A DNA stretch of 64,000 nt, taken from assembly GCA_965248265.1 (NCBI GenBank), contig CBDFJF010000002.1:2752001-2816000 (forward strand). Direction: 5' to 3'. Each line of letters starts with the position of its first letter. The first letter of the stretch is position 1. This DNA comes from Candidatus Latescibacterota bacterium. GTDB lineage: Bacteria > Latescibacterota > UBA2968 > UBA8231. The notes below the pieces were generated by a model. That model made no database searches and was not told the DNA's origin. It saw only the letters and a program-made list of their open reading frames with translations. Shown in pieces: positions 19,191 to 28,564 of this stretch. Both the position numbers and the translations under genes were made by a program.

Positions 19191-21239
19191 GTGGCCAAAC
19201 GAATCAGCGTTGCAGTCAGAGAACGAGGTACAGAACGAGGGATCGCCGGCGTCGCTGTGACGACGGGTGAAGGCGTCGAAACCACAGATACGAACGGTCG
19301 ATGCGCGATCGACGTCGACGCGCTCGCCCGCTGGGTATGGATCTCGTGCCCCCAGGGAAAACGCGCGATAGACAGCTTCTACCGCCCGCTGCCAGCCGGT
19401 GAGGCGGTCTTCGAGCTGGCCGATGAGCCCGCCTCGACTGGCGACGAAGCACGTCTCGTACAGTTTACTGACACCCACGTAGTCGGCGTCGGCGACAGGG
19501 TCGCCGCGGCCGACCTGGCCGCTGCCCTCCGAGCGCTCGTAGCAGAATCAGATCCAGACCTGATCATCGCCAGCGGTGACCTCACCAATCTCGGCACAGA
19601 AGCGGAGCTGGCCGAGCTGCAGAGCGGTCTCAAGGCTGTCGACAGGCCGTTGTTCCTGATGTTCGGGGGACACGACGGTAATTCGGAGCGCCACCTCGAA
19701 GGCAGCGAGCCGCCCTTCACACTCAACTGGGAGGCCTGCTTCGGGCCGACGTACTACAGCTTCGACTGGGGAGGACGCCACATCGCTGTGTGGCCCAATG
19801 AGGAACATTTTTTCTCGGATGCCGAGCGCGAGCGCAAGAGGCGGTGGCTGGACGCCGATCTCGCGTTACATGCGGACAATGGCAACACGATCCTCGTCAT
19901 TCACACACCGCCGTCGACAGCTGAGTTTATCAATCAGATGCGCGAACTGGGTGTCTCTCTGATCCTGCATGGCCACTGGCATTCATCGAAAGCCTTCGCA
20001 TATAACGGCGTGACTGTGGCAGCGACCGCCCCACTGTGTTTCGGCGGCATCGACACAACAGCCAGAGGGTATCGCGTCATCGAGTGGAAGGGGTCGACAA
20101 CACCGCCGACGCGATTGGTTGCGCTCGGGGCGGAACATCTGCAACCGGCAACTCCGGAGCGTATTGGCCCGTTTCAGCTGGCCTGGGCGAAGGACGTTGC
20201 CACCGACTCTGGCAAGTCCTTCACCCCGGCTCACCGGGCGGCGCCGGCGGTACGTGGAGATTGTCTTCTTATCGGTGGAGGCTGCGACGACGCCGGCGCT
20301 GTGCAGTGCCGCTCAGCTTCTACGGGCGAACTGATATGGACAGCAGATCTGGAGTCGTCACCCCGCAACAGCGTGACGGTAGTCGATAAACGTGCGCTGG
20401 CTCTGGCGATGACCGGGGCGTTGTACAGTCTGAGAGTTGATGACGGCAGCGTCGAATGGCGCACAGATCTCGAGGGATGGCCTGGTCGCTGGCTGTACAC
20501 CGCTCCCGTCCACGCCGACGGGATCGTCTACGCCGGTGGCAAGGCAGGTTTCGGGGCCTATCGAACAGATTCGGGTGAACCCACATGGTACACCGAGCTC
20601 GAACAGAACGACGCGTGGTCATGTTACGCGAATCCTCTTATCGCCGAGGATGTCATCGTGCTGTTTGTGTCGAGGAGAGGTCTGCTCGCTCTGTCGCGCA
20701 TCGACGGCAGCATCGCCTGGGAAACCGAGCTCGATGTCGAATACTATTACGCAGCTCCCGTGCGCGTTGGGGAAGACCTTGTCACAGGCGGCAATCGACA
20801 GAGCCTGGCGCGCTTGCGCGTAAACAACGGCGAGATCATTTGGCACGAAGAGAGCCTGGCCGGCAATTACGCCTCCGGACTGGCCGCGGACGACCAGCGC
20901 ATCTATGTGTCGACCCCTGCGGGCGCGATTCAAGCCCTCGAGGCGGAGACCGGCCGGGAGCTGTGGCGAATGAATACGGGAAGCGATCTGCTCGACATGA
21001 CACCGTACGAGCGGGGCGTCTGCTCGCTGCTGGCCTCACCCGTGCGCATGGGGCCCTGGCTGATCGCCGGCGCCAACGACGGTGTGCTCAGGCTGCTCGA
21101 TCCCTCCAGCGGCGAAGTGCACGCGCAGGTTGGACTGGGAACGCCAATCACAGCGCCTGTGCAACCCATTGGCGAGACGGCCTTCCTGATGACGACGTGG
21201 GACGGAAGACTGCTTCGCTACGACAGCGCGGAAGTCTGA
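19191..21239 (+). CDS. Calcineurin-like metallophosphoesterase fused to a PQQ/BamB-type beta-propeller
   Basis: DTH, GDL, GGHD, HGHWH motifs; repeated G...W docking motifs; AAGGAGG then GTG start. Confidence 0.85.
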   Translation: MAKRISVAVRERGTERGIAGVAVTTGEGVETTDTNGRCAIDVDALARWVWISCPQGKRAIDSFYRPLPAGEAVFELADEPASTGDEARLVQFTDTHVVGVGDRVAAADLAAALRALVAESDPDLIIASGDLTNLGTEAELAELQSGLKAVDRPLFLMFGGHDGNSERHLEGSEPPFTLNWEACFGPTYYSFDWGGRHIAVWPNEEHFFSDAERERKRRWLDADLALHADNGNTILVIHTPPSTAEFINQMRELGVSLILHGHWHSSKAFAYNGVTVAATAPLCFGGIDTTARGYRVIEWKGSTTPPTRLVALGAEHLQPATPERIGPFQLAWAKDVATDSGKSFTPAHRAAPAVRGDCLLIGGGCDDAGAVQCRSASTGELIWTADLESSPRNSVTVVDKRALALAMTGALYSLRVDDGSVEWRTDLEGWPGRWLYTAPVHADGIVYAGGKAGFGAYRTDSGEPTWYTELEQNDAWSCYANPLIAEDVIVLFVSRRGLLALSRIDGSIAWETELDVEYYYAAPVRVGEDLVTGGNRQSLARLRVNNGEIIWHEESLAGNYASGLAADDQRIYVSTPAGAIQALEAETGRELWRMNTGSDLLDMTPYERGVCSLLASPVRMGPWLIAGANDGVLRLLDPSSGEVHAQVGLGTPITAPVQPIGETAFLMTTWDGRLLRYDSAEV

Positions 21240-21263
21240 GGAGCTCCACATTCGAAGGCCACG

Positions 21264-21716
21264 ATGATCGACGCGAATAGAGACGAGTTTCTCGAGCAAG
21301 GATATGTGATCCTCCGCGGGGTGATCCCGCCGGATCACCTCGAAGAGCAGAGAAGTCGCTGGGAGATGCTCGTCGATCGGCAGCGGGAGATCTGGACTCG
21401 CGAACGCGGACCGGACGACCCGCCGGGCGGCCAGTGGGAGATCGGTGCGCAGCCGCGACTGAGCCTGACTCGGAAGGGACTGATAGACGCTGAGACAGCC
21501 AACGCTGCCGAGCTCTGGATGCATGAGAACCTGCAGGGTGTGAGCAGCCACCTGCTGCAAGAGGAGGATGTTCCGGTCACGGCGATGGCGCTGATGTGCA
21601 ATCCCGTCAGCGATCGCGGTCCTGCCGCGTGGCATCGAGACTTCTACCCGCCGCTGAATGCTCCGCTGATGGCGTACGTCGACGACATTCTCGAGAGCGG
21701 ACCGCAACTTAGCTAG
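21264..21716 (+). pseudogene. 3'-truncated PhyH family gene
   Basis: FLEQGYVILRGVI and WHRD are present, but the ORF ends before the distal His. Confidence 0.65.
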
Positions 21717-21731
21717 CCGGAGGTCTTTGCT

Positions 21732-23273
21732 ATGATGTCAGATATCTTGGATATCGGTGATCGCAGGCAGGTCTTTATCGATGGCCGTTTTCTTCAGGTC
21801 TGTCGAGGTATCGAGCTGGTGGTTCATCCCCCTAGGAAGACTGGGGAGCTCACTATTAAGCCAGAACATCCTTGGGAGGCTCGGATCGATGGTTCCTGTT
21901 CGGTTTTGAAAGTGGGAGATTTGTATCACTTATGGTATAAAGCCGTAAGTAAGGGGGGCATAGCTTACGCCAGTTCTAAAGATGGCATTCGCTGGGAAAA
22001 GCCAATGCTAGGATTAGCAGAGGTCTTCGAATCAAAGCGGAACAACATTGTGCTTGGCTATGGTGCCGGCGGAGTTAAGGGCGGTGTTCAAACAGCGATT
22101 GTGTTTCTGGATCCGAATGGCACCGAAGGGCAACAATTCCGTATGGTGGCCTTTGTGGGTGAGCTCGGACGTGGTCTCCATGTGTTTTCTTCTGGAGATG
22201 GTATTCAATGGAAATTGATGCACCAGTGTGTAGTGTCTGACCGTAACAAGAGGCATCTAGATACTCTGAACGTGATCTTATGGGATGATCGCATCAATGA
22301 GTATGTTTCTTATGTGCGGCGAAATCTATGTCGCGATAGAGTGCGTAGCCGGACAGTAGCCAGAGGGCAATCCGCCAAGCTCTCCAGTTTTCCTGACGTG
22401 GAAGATTCTCCGGTGGTACTTGGTTTCGACCATCTCGATCCCCGAAATTATGATCCCGGTAAGAACGCATCTATACCAGTCATCGATTTCTATACTAATG
22501 CCACAATCAAGTATCCATGGGCGGAAGACGCTTACTACATGTTCCCCTCCGCGTACTATCACTATCGCTCTGAATTCTTGGCTGAATTCAAGGGTGAAGT
22601 ACCCCCTCCTCACCCAACTCTTGCTTACTCCACCTTCAATGCAGGCACGGTTGATGTACGCTTCGCTGCCAGCCGCGACGGAATCCACTGGAACAGGTAT
22701 GACCGTCGGGCCTTTGTGCCCTTAGGGATGAAGGGAGATTTTGATTCCAAGAGCAATTACATGATTCACGGATTGGTTCCTGCTCTTAACGAACGGGAAA
22801 TGTACATGTACTATGGAGGAAGCGACCGCCCGCACGGTTGGGGGGCACACGGTCGTCTTGAACGTAACAATCAGCTCCTTACTCAAGCAGGTCTGGCTCC
22901 CACAGAGGACATCTCCGCGATCAGCCGCTTGGTCTTCCGTCGTGACGGGTTCATATCAGCCCGAGCTGCCTATACTGGAGGAGAGTTCACGACTCCAGTA
23001 CTGAGATTCAATGGAAACGAGCTAATGTTGAACGTGGACACGTCAGCGGTAGGAGAACTTCGGGTGGAGATCCTGGATGAGCTGGGAGCTATCACTCTCT
23101 CTGGATCAGCTGGCTACAGACTCGAAGATTGCGACCGCATTCACACAACCAACGAAATCAACAGAGTTGTAACCTGGCAAGGAAAATCAGACATCAGTGA
23201 ATTGGCTGGAAAACCTATTCGACTGCGTTTCGTTATGCGTGATGTCGACCTTTACGCATTCCAATTCAGCTAG
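21732..23273 (+). CDS. Glycoside-hydrolase-like beta-propeller protein
   Basis: Repeated S.DGI.W Asp-box-like motifs; RRDGFIS...LYAFQF C-terminus. Confidence 0.7.
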   Translation: MMSDILDIGDRRQVFIDGRFLQVCRGIELVVHPPRKTGELTIKPEHPWEARIDGSCSVLKVGDLYHLWYKAVSKGGIAYASSKDGIRWEKPMLGLAEVFESKRNNIVLGYGAGGVKGGVQTAIVFLDPNGTEGQQFRMVAFVGELGRGLHVFSSGDGIQWKLMHQCVVSDRNKRHLDTLNVILWDDRINEYVSYVRRNLCRDRVRSRTVARGQSAKLSSFPDVEDSPVVLGFDHLDPRNYDPGKNASIPVIDFYTNATIKYPWAEDAYYMFPSAYYHYRSEFLAEFKGEVPPPHPTLAYSTFNAGTVDVRFAASRDGIHWNRYDRRAFVPLGMKGDFDSKSNYMIHGLVPALNEREMYMYYGGSDRPHGWGAHGRLERNNQLLTQAGLAPTEDISAISRLVFRRDGFISARAAYTGGEFTTPVLRFNGNELMLNVDTSAVGELRVEILDELGAITLSGSAGYRLEDCDRIHTTNEINRVVTWQGKSDISELAGKPIRLRFVMRDVDLYAFQFS

Positions 23274-23526
23274 CTGGCAGTTCGTTCGATCGATCCTGCT
23301 GACCTAGAAACGATTCAAATCAACCTGTTCAATCTAGCCGCTCGCTCATAGCCGCTCTCTCGCCTTTTCACCAGAGCTAGCCAACTTTGGCTGGAAAACC
23401 ATGTTCTGTCAATGCTATTGACCTGACGGTCTCCTACTAATTCCCCATCCTCGATCTCCAGGAAAACGTGAAGAGCGCTTCTGTCAAGCGTGAGGGCGAG
23501 GCCTGCCGGGCATCCCGCTTTTGGGT

Positions 23527-23844
23527 ACGCTTAGTGGTTATAAGGTAGGTTATCGTTAGTCGATCCGGTGTTGTTTTTTCGCTTTTTTCGTGTTGATGGC
23601 GGTCGCTTTGGGTTGACGGTCTTCGAGTGAGCACTTGAGGCTGCGAATAGGGCCGGAGGGGAGTGGCTGTGAACGAAGATGGGATTCACAGCGATGGATC
23701 GGGACACAGCGGTGCCGTTGCTGCGACGGCGAATCGATCTCAGGCGGCGAAATCCAGCTCAGCTTGGGGATTGGGGCGTGCCGGGGCGATCGGCGGTGCC
23801 CGTGATGGCAGGCCGACGCCCTCCAGATAACGAACAATAGAACG
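23527..23844 (-). mobile_element. IS91-family oriIS end (variant C) plus transposase C-terminal remnant
   Basis: Direct repeat of 25392-25710; encodes RYLEGVGLPSRAPPIAPARPNPQAELDFAA*. Confidence 0.85.
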
Positions 23845-23970
23845 CTTGGCAAGTTATGAGGATACTAATGATGCTGAACGGCTATGTGTTGATCCGCCAT
23901 GCGTCAGGGTGTCGGAGAACGAGCAAAGGATAAAACGGTAGGTTTTGTGGGCGTGATTTCGCCTTCAATA

Positions 23971-24857
23971 TTATTGTTCCCCTTGCTGCACTGCTCGCCA
24001 TGCTGGCAATGGCAAAACTCGGTTACTCTCGCGGCCGAAGCCAGTTATCTCCAGTCTGTCACCGGGGACTCTGACAATTGCATAAGCATTGGCAGTCGGC
24101 GTTTCGACCATTCCTTTGAAGGTAACATGGTGTATACCTTTCTGGAAACCGTAACCCCCGGCATGAGCGTGGCCCGCAAACCACGCCACGACGCAGCCGG
24201 AATTTTCGATGACTTCCAGCACGGGCTCAGTGACTGTCGAGTACATTGAACCAGGGCTAGATGGTAGTATTGGGTAATGGCAAAAACAGATTACCTTCTC
24301 GCCTTTTTTTATTGCCTGATCTAGAGTCGAACGAAGCCAGGCCAATTGCTCGTCCCCAATGATCCCAGATCCTGCATCCATGCCATCGAGCACGACGAAA
24401 CGCCAACCCTTCCTGGAGGGGATAGTGAAGTCGTAATAGAATCTCTCCAAGCCGAGTTCTTCGCGCAGAGTCTCCTTGCCCACCGAGACGCAATGATTGC
24501 CGATTACATGGTAGCGAGGCGCTTCAGCCTGATTGTAAATCTTTAAAACTGCTTGCAGGTACTCTCTGGGGCGGCTTTCGACGATGTCTCCGGTTGTATC
24601 ACAAAATCCAGATCCCTATTATTCAGATCCGCAATGCATTTGGTGAGTTTTCCAAGGGAAGCTCGGAAGTAACGTGATGACATGGTGTCATAGTCGCCAT
24701 ACTGGATATCCGCCAACACACCAAAAGTCAGCGGCCTGTCCTCTTTTTCCTGAGTCTGTGAGGACTTACCACACCCTGATAAACACAGGTATGCCACCGA
24801 AAGAGCGATGACTGTAATTCTGTCGACGCCTTTGGATCTCATTCTGTGCTCCTTCAA
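23971..24857 (-). pseudogene. Metallophosphoesterase lipoprotein (ADP-ribose/CDP-alcohol diphosphatase-like), disrupted
   Basis: LSGC lipobox and ADIQY in ORF 24543-24857; CHYP and AGHAH in ORF 23971-24483; frame broken between them. Confidence 0.7.
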
Positions 24858-25735
24858 AACCTAGTGGGATAGAGCACAATTTCCCACATACGCACCCGCC
24901 TATGGCAATCTGCCTTAAATGTGGATCTGCTTTTTATAACCGACATTTCCCAGCTGGGATTTCCCATACTGCATATCCTTGCTTAGCTACGCCGCTAAGC
25001 CTCATTTCCGATAGAATACCAGATCTGTGAATATCCACGGTTTTTCGCCGTTACTGGAAGACCTTTCAGTCAAAAGGTAATCGGAGAAATACGAATTTAC
25101 CAGCGTATAATTACTCCTGAGACGTACCTCAACCACCAAAGCGGCAAGAAAACCATTTTTTCCAGTAATGCTCAGCGTCATCGAGCCCCTGGAGTCTGTG
25201 GGCGGTTTGACTGATAGGAGATTGCTGTCTGGACGATAGCGCAGAGTCTGGAGAAAACAAGGTGTGAGAGACCACTGGCTCCCCCGAGCTTACCCTCTCA
25301 ATCATTGCGGGTAACGATCCAGCCTGGGTGTTGGTCAGTGCTGGCGAGGCCGTCGGTATTGGCGAGGAAGTCGAAGGCTTTGGTGTCGCGAACGCTTAGT
25401 GGTTATAAAGTAGGTTATCGTTAGTCGATCCGGTGTTGTTTTTTCGCTTTTTTCGTGGTTGATGGCGGTCGCTTTGGGTTGACGGTCTTCGAGTGAGCAC
25501 TTGAGGCTGCGAATAGGGCCGGAGGGGAGTGGTTGTGAACGAAGATGGGATTCCCAGCGATGGATCGGGACACAGCGGTGCCGTTGCTGCGACGGCGAAT
25601 CGCTCTCAGGTGGCGAAATCCAGCTCAGCTTGGGGATTGGGGCGTGCCGGGGCGATCGGCGGTGCCCGTGATGACAGGCCGACGCCCTCCAGATAACGAA
25701 CAATAGAACGGGGCTCGGTAAGGGCCGCGACGACG

Positions 25736-25784
25736 GAGACCGGTCTGATGACCGGTCTCTTGGAGTTTGCCTACGGCAAACTCC
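25736..25784. repeat. Double perfect hairpin (REP-like) insertion
   Basis: gagaccggtc-tgat-gaccggtctc and ggagtttgcc-tac-ggcaaactcc. Confidence 0.75.
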
Positions 25785-25836
25785 CCTTCATTGCGGCCGC
25801 CGCAGGCCAGGCATACGGTAACGTCCACGCGAAACA

Positions 25837-27166
25837 TGCAGCAACCGGGTGCAGCAACCGGGCTGATAGGTAACAGTCTAAACCGGGTTGATGGGTGACA
25901 CTATTGTTTTGATTGAATTCACTCCCGTACGATCATGTCCCTCTCGTCGACGGTGGCTAGGAGGACGGTGTTGAAGTAGATGGCCCAGACGCCGTCGTCG
26001 ATCTCCTCGAGACCGATGTCGAGATGCTTGAGAGACTGAGCGATGAAGATGAGCTTGTGGCCGAGGCGTATGGTCCCGGCTCGGGTGACGTGCTTGATGA
26101 CGAAGTGACCGGGGTACTCAATGGTCGGCATGCGGCCGGGATAGGGCCGGGGTGATGGGTGGTACCGGGAGCCAGGAGTCTTGCCGTTGAGGGCGTCATG
26201 GGGACGCTCGTCGTTGTAGAGCTGTCGGAAGCGCTGGAAGGATCGCTGCTGGGCGGCCTTGTTGGCGGCGGGTGGCCGACAGGTAGCGGCCTTCAAGGTG
26301 CGATGCATGCGTTCGTGGGCGCCATTTTCCTGCGGCGATGCCGGGCGGATCCGCTGGTGCACGATGCCGAGCCTCATCCACCAAACGTTGAGTCGGCATA
26401 GCCCATGCAATCCTCTGGAAGCAAAGGGAACGCCGTTGTCGGTGCGAATGGCCTGAGGCAGGCCGAATTCGCGGAAGGCTCTCTCGAAGACCGGACGCGC
26501 ATGCAAGGTCTTGATGTCGGGCAGGGCGCGGCAGGTCAGGAGATAGCGAGTGTGCTGATCGCTGATGGTGAGAGGGAAACACCAAACTCCGTTCTTGGTA
26601 GGAAATTGGCCTTTGAAGTCGGCCGTCCACAGATCGTTGGGGTTGTCGGTGGTCGGCGGCACGGCTCCGGGGTGCTGACGTGGGCGTCGTCGTCGTCGCT
26701 TCTTCACCAGGCCTTCGCGCACCAGCAGATCGCCTGCCGTACTGACCGCCGGCCAGGAGCAGATGTGCGGATGTCGAGGCGCCAGCCAGTCCAACAGTTT
26801 GTTCGGTCCCCAATCGGGGTGCCGTGTGCGCGCTCCGAGAATGAGCTCGGCAATCTCTGGCGCCATGCGATGCGGACAGGTGTGGGGCGCGTGACTGCGG
26901 TCCTGTAACCCGGGCACCCCCTCTTCGGCGTGCCGCTGAAGCCACTTGTATCCGGTTTTGCGGCTGATCCCGTATCGCTCGCACAGCTCCGCTCTCGAGT
27001 AGTGCCCGCGCTGATCGTCGGCGATAAATCGCTTACGTTGTTCCATGGGTGCTGTCTCCATCCAGGGCATCGACCAACCTCCCAATTGGGGTTGGTCAAA
27101 AAGTAGAAGGAGTGTCACCCATCAACCCGGTCAGATGTGTTACCAATCTACCCGGTTTGTACCACA
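25837..27166 (-). mobile_element. IS481-family insertion sequence
   Basis: Perfect 20-bp subterminal IR (25883-25902 / 27111-27130); TGT end at 27166; 13-bp tandem duplication at the other end. Confidence 0.88.
25919..27070 (-). CDS. IS481-family DDE transposase
   Basis: MPW start, HTH (GISRKTGYKW), WTADFKG, IRTDNG, NGAHERMHRTLK. Confidence 0.93.
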   Translation of the reverse strand: MPWMETAPMEQRKRFIADDQRGHYSRAELCERYGISRKTGYKWLQRHAEEGVPGLQDRSHAPHTCPHRMAPEIAELILGARTRHPDWGPNKLLDWLAPRHPHICSWPAVSTAGDLLVREGLVKKRRRRRPRQHPGAVPPTTDNPNDLWTADFKGQFPTKNGVWCFPLTISDQHTRYLLTCRALPDIKTLHARPVFERAFREFGLPQAIRTDNGVPFASRGLHGLCRLNVWWMRLGIVHQRIRPASPQENGAHERMHRTLKAATCRPPAANKAAQQRSFQRFRQLYNDERPHDALNGKTPGSRYHPSPRPYPGRMPTIEYPGHFVIKHVTRAGTIRLGHKLIFIAQSLKHLDIGLEEIDDGVWAIYFNTVLLATVDERDMIVRE

Positions 27167-27312
27167 CGCGTGCTAACAAGGCGGCCCAGGCCCGGCGATG
27201 ACGGCGGGCGGGTGCTGATTCAGCAGCTTCGCCGGGGACTGTCTCTGGGTCCTGGGACACTTCTTCCAGCCACGAGCCTGTGCAGGGTCAGCAGGGGCTC
27301 CCAGCCGTGGAC

Positions 27313-28062
27313 CTACCTGGCCATCATCAGCTCGCGCGTCGTCACGCCGTCGTCGGTCAGGCGCACGAGCAGGAAGCCGGTGGGCACGTCGTCGAAGTTC
27401 CAGGCCGCCGAGCGCAGGACCCAGGCTGGTGAGGTGCCGATCGTGAAGCATCGTGTCGGCAGGTGCTGGTGACCGAAGAACAGGGCCGCGGGACGGGTGC
27501 GCGTGACCAGGTCGATGAAATAACGGGCGTCGTGTGGTCCCATCGACATGTCGTCCTCGATCGCCTCGGGATGCGGCGGGATGTGGGCGAAGACCACCTT
27601 GTGCGGCTCGGGCCGTGCCAGCTCGGTCTCGAGCCAGGCGCACTGTCCCCGAGGCTGAATGTCCTGACTGACCAGGTGGCCCACGTGATCGCCGCCGGCC
27701 CCGCCATCGCAGACGACGATGAACCGTACCCCGGCGTGCACGAAGGAGTAGTAGTCGGAGGGCTCGCCGTCGACACGGAAGTCGTGGGGGAAGATGGAGT
27801 GCAGCTGCTCCTTGCGCTCGCGTCCGTGCTCGTGGTTGCCGGCCACGGCGTGCACCGGCACGCCGGCGGCGGCCAGTTCCGCCGGGTCGAGCGCCCAGAG
27901 GTGGATGTCCCCGAGCAGGAAGAGGAACTCCGGCTGCTCGGCCGCTGGCAGCTCGCGGATCAGCTCCAGGCAGCGACCGAGGCGCTCGGCGCCGAGGATG
28001 CCGGTCTCGGGACGCTGCTGCGAGCAGTGCAGGTCGGCGATGACGGCGAAGGGAAAATCCAT
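27313..28062 (-). CDS. Metallophosphoesterase (Icc/CpdA-like)
   Basis: ADLH, LGD, GNHE, HIP, GHQH. Confidence 0.85.
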   Translation of the reverse strand: MDFPFAVIADLHCSQQRPETGILGAERLGRCLELIRELPAAEQPEFLFLLGDIHLWALDPAELAAAGVPVHAVAGNHEHGRERKEQLHSIFPHDFRVDGEPSDYYSFVHAGVRFIVVCDGGAGGDHVGHLVSQDIQPRGQCAWLETELARPEPHKVVFAHIPPHPEAIEDDMSMGPHDARYFIDLVTRTRPAALFFGHQHLPTRCFTIGTSPAWVLRSAAWNFDDVPTGFLLVRLTDDGVTTRELMMAR

Positions 28063-28162
28063 GGCGGTCTCCGGCGTCAGCTCAGGTCGGCAAGGACGCG
28101 CGCGAAGAGGTGCGGTTGGATCTCAGGGCGCCGGTCTCTTCGTGCAGCTTCCTGGCCGCGGG

Positions 28163-28335
28163 AGTATAGGACAAATAAGTGGCGTTATGGTGAGTTTAGA
28201 TCCGTGGGGGCCGTGGTGTCGAGCGAATCATGAATCTTTTTTTGAACGGCGGAAGGGGGGGTGGCCATCGACGGGCATTGCGAAGGAGAGGAATCCAGAG
28301 CTGAGCCTGTTTTGCACGGTTTTCAAACCGTTCGA
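28163..28335 (-). mobile_element. IS91-family oriIS end (variant B)
   Basis: Minus strand ends TTATTTGTCCTATAC, resembling ISCR oriIS (TTCCTATAC); homologous to 17678 and 47198. Confidence 0.82.
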
Positions 28336-28564
28336 GTGCCTTGATGAAGCAGTGGAGCTGTATCGGCACTGGTTGCCGTCGGCGGCAGCGGCGGAATAGA
28401 GCTCAGTAGCAAGGAGAACACGGATGAATGACGGGCAGGGCACCCGTTCGACCTTACGGGGCACGCGGTGCCGCTCGCCGATGACCGACGACTCCGCTCT
28501 CTGACGCGTAGCTTCGGCCCGTCAAACATGCTCAGTCGCTTTCAAGTGTCGGGCTGCATTTGCC

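Larger units (their letters stand above)
25392..27260 (-). mobile_element. IS91-family 3' remnant (variant C oriIS) interrupted by IS481 and a double-hairpin insert
   Basis: RRHRRAWAALLARV (27167-27200) continues as FRVDVTVCLACGG (25836-25795), then ALTEPRSIVRYLEGVG. Confidence 0.8.

Noticed and set aside
24860-25390. AT-richer intergenic stretch as an ncRNA (also 12590-12990, 46500-46890)
   Set aside because: No recognisable RNA motif or convincing structure by eye
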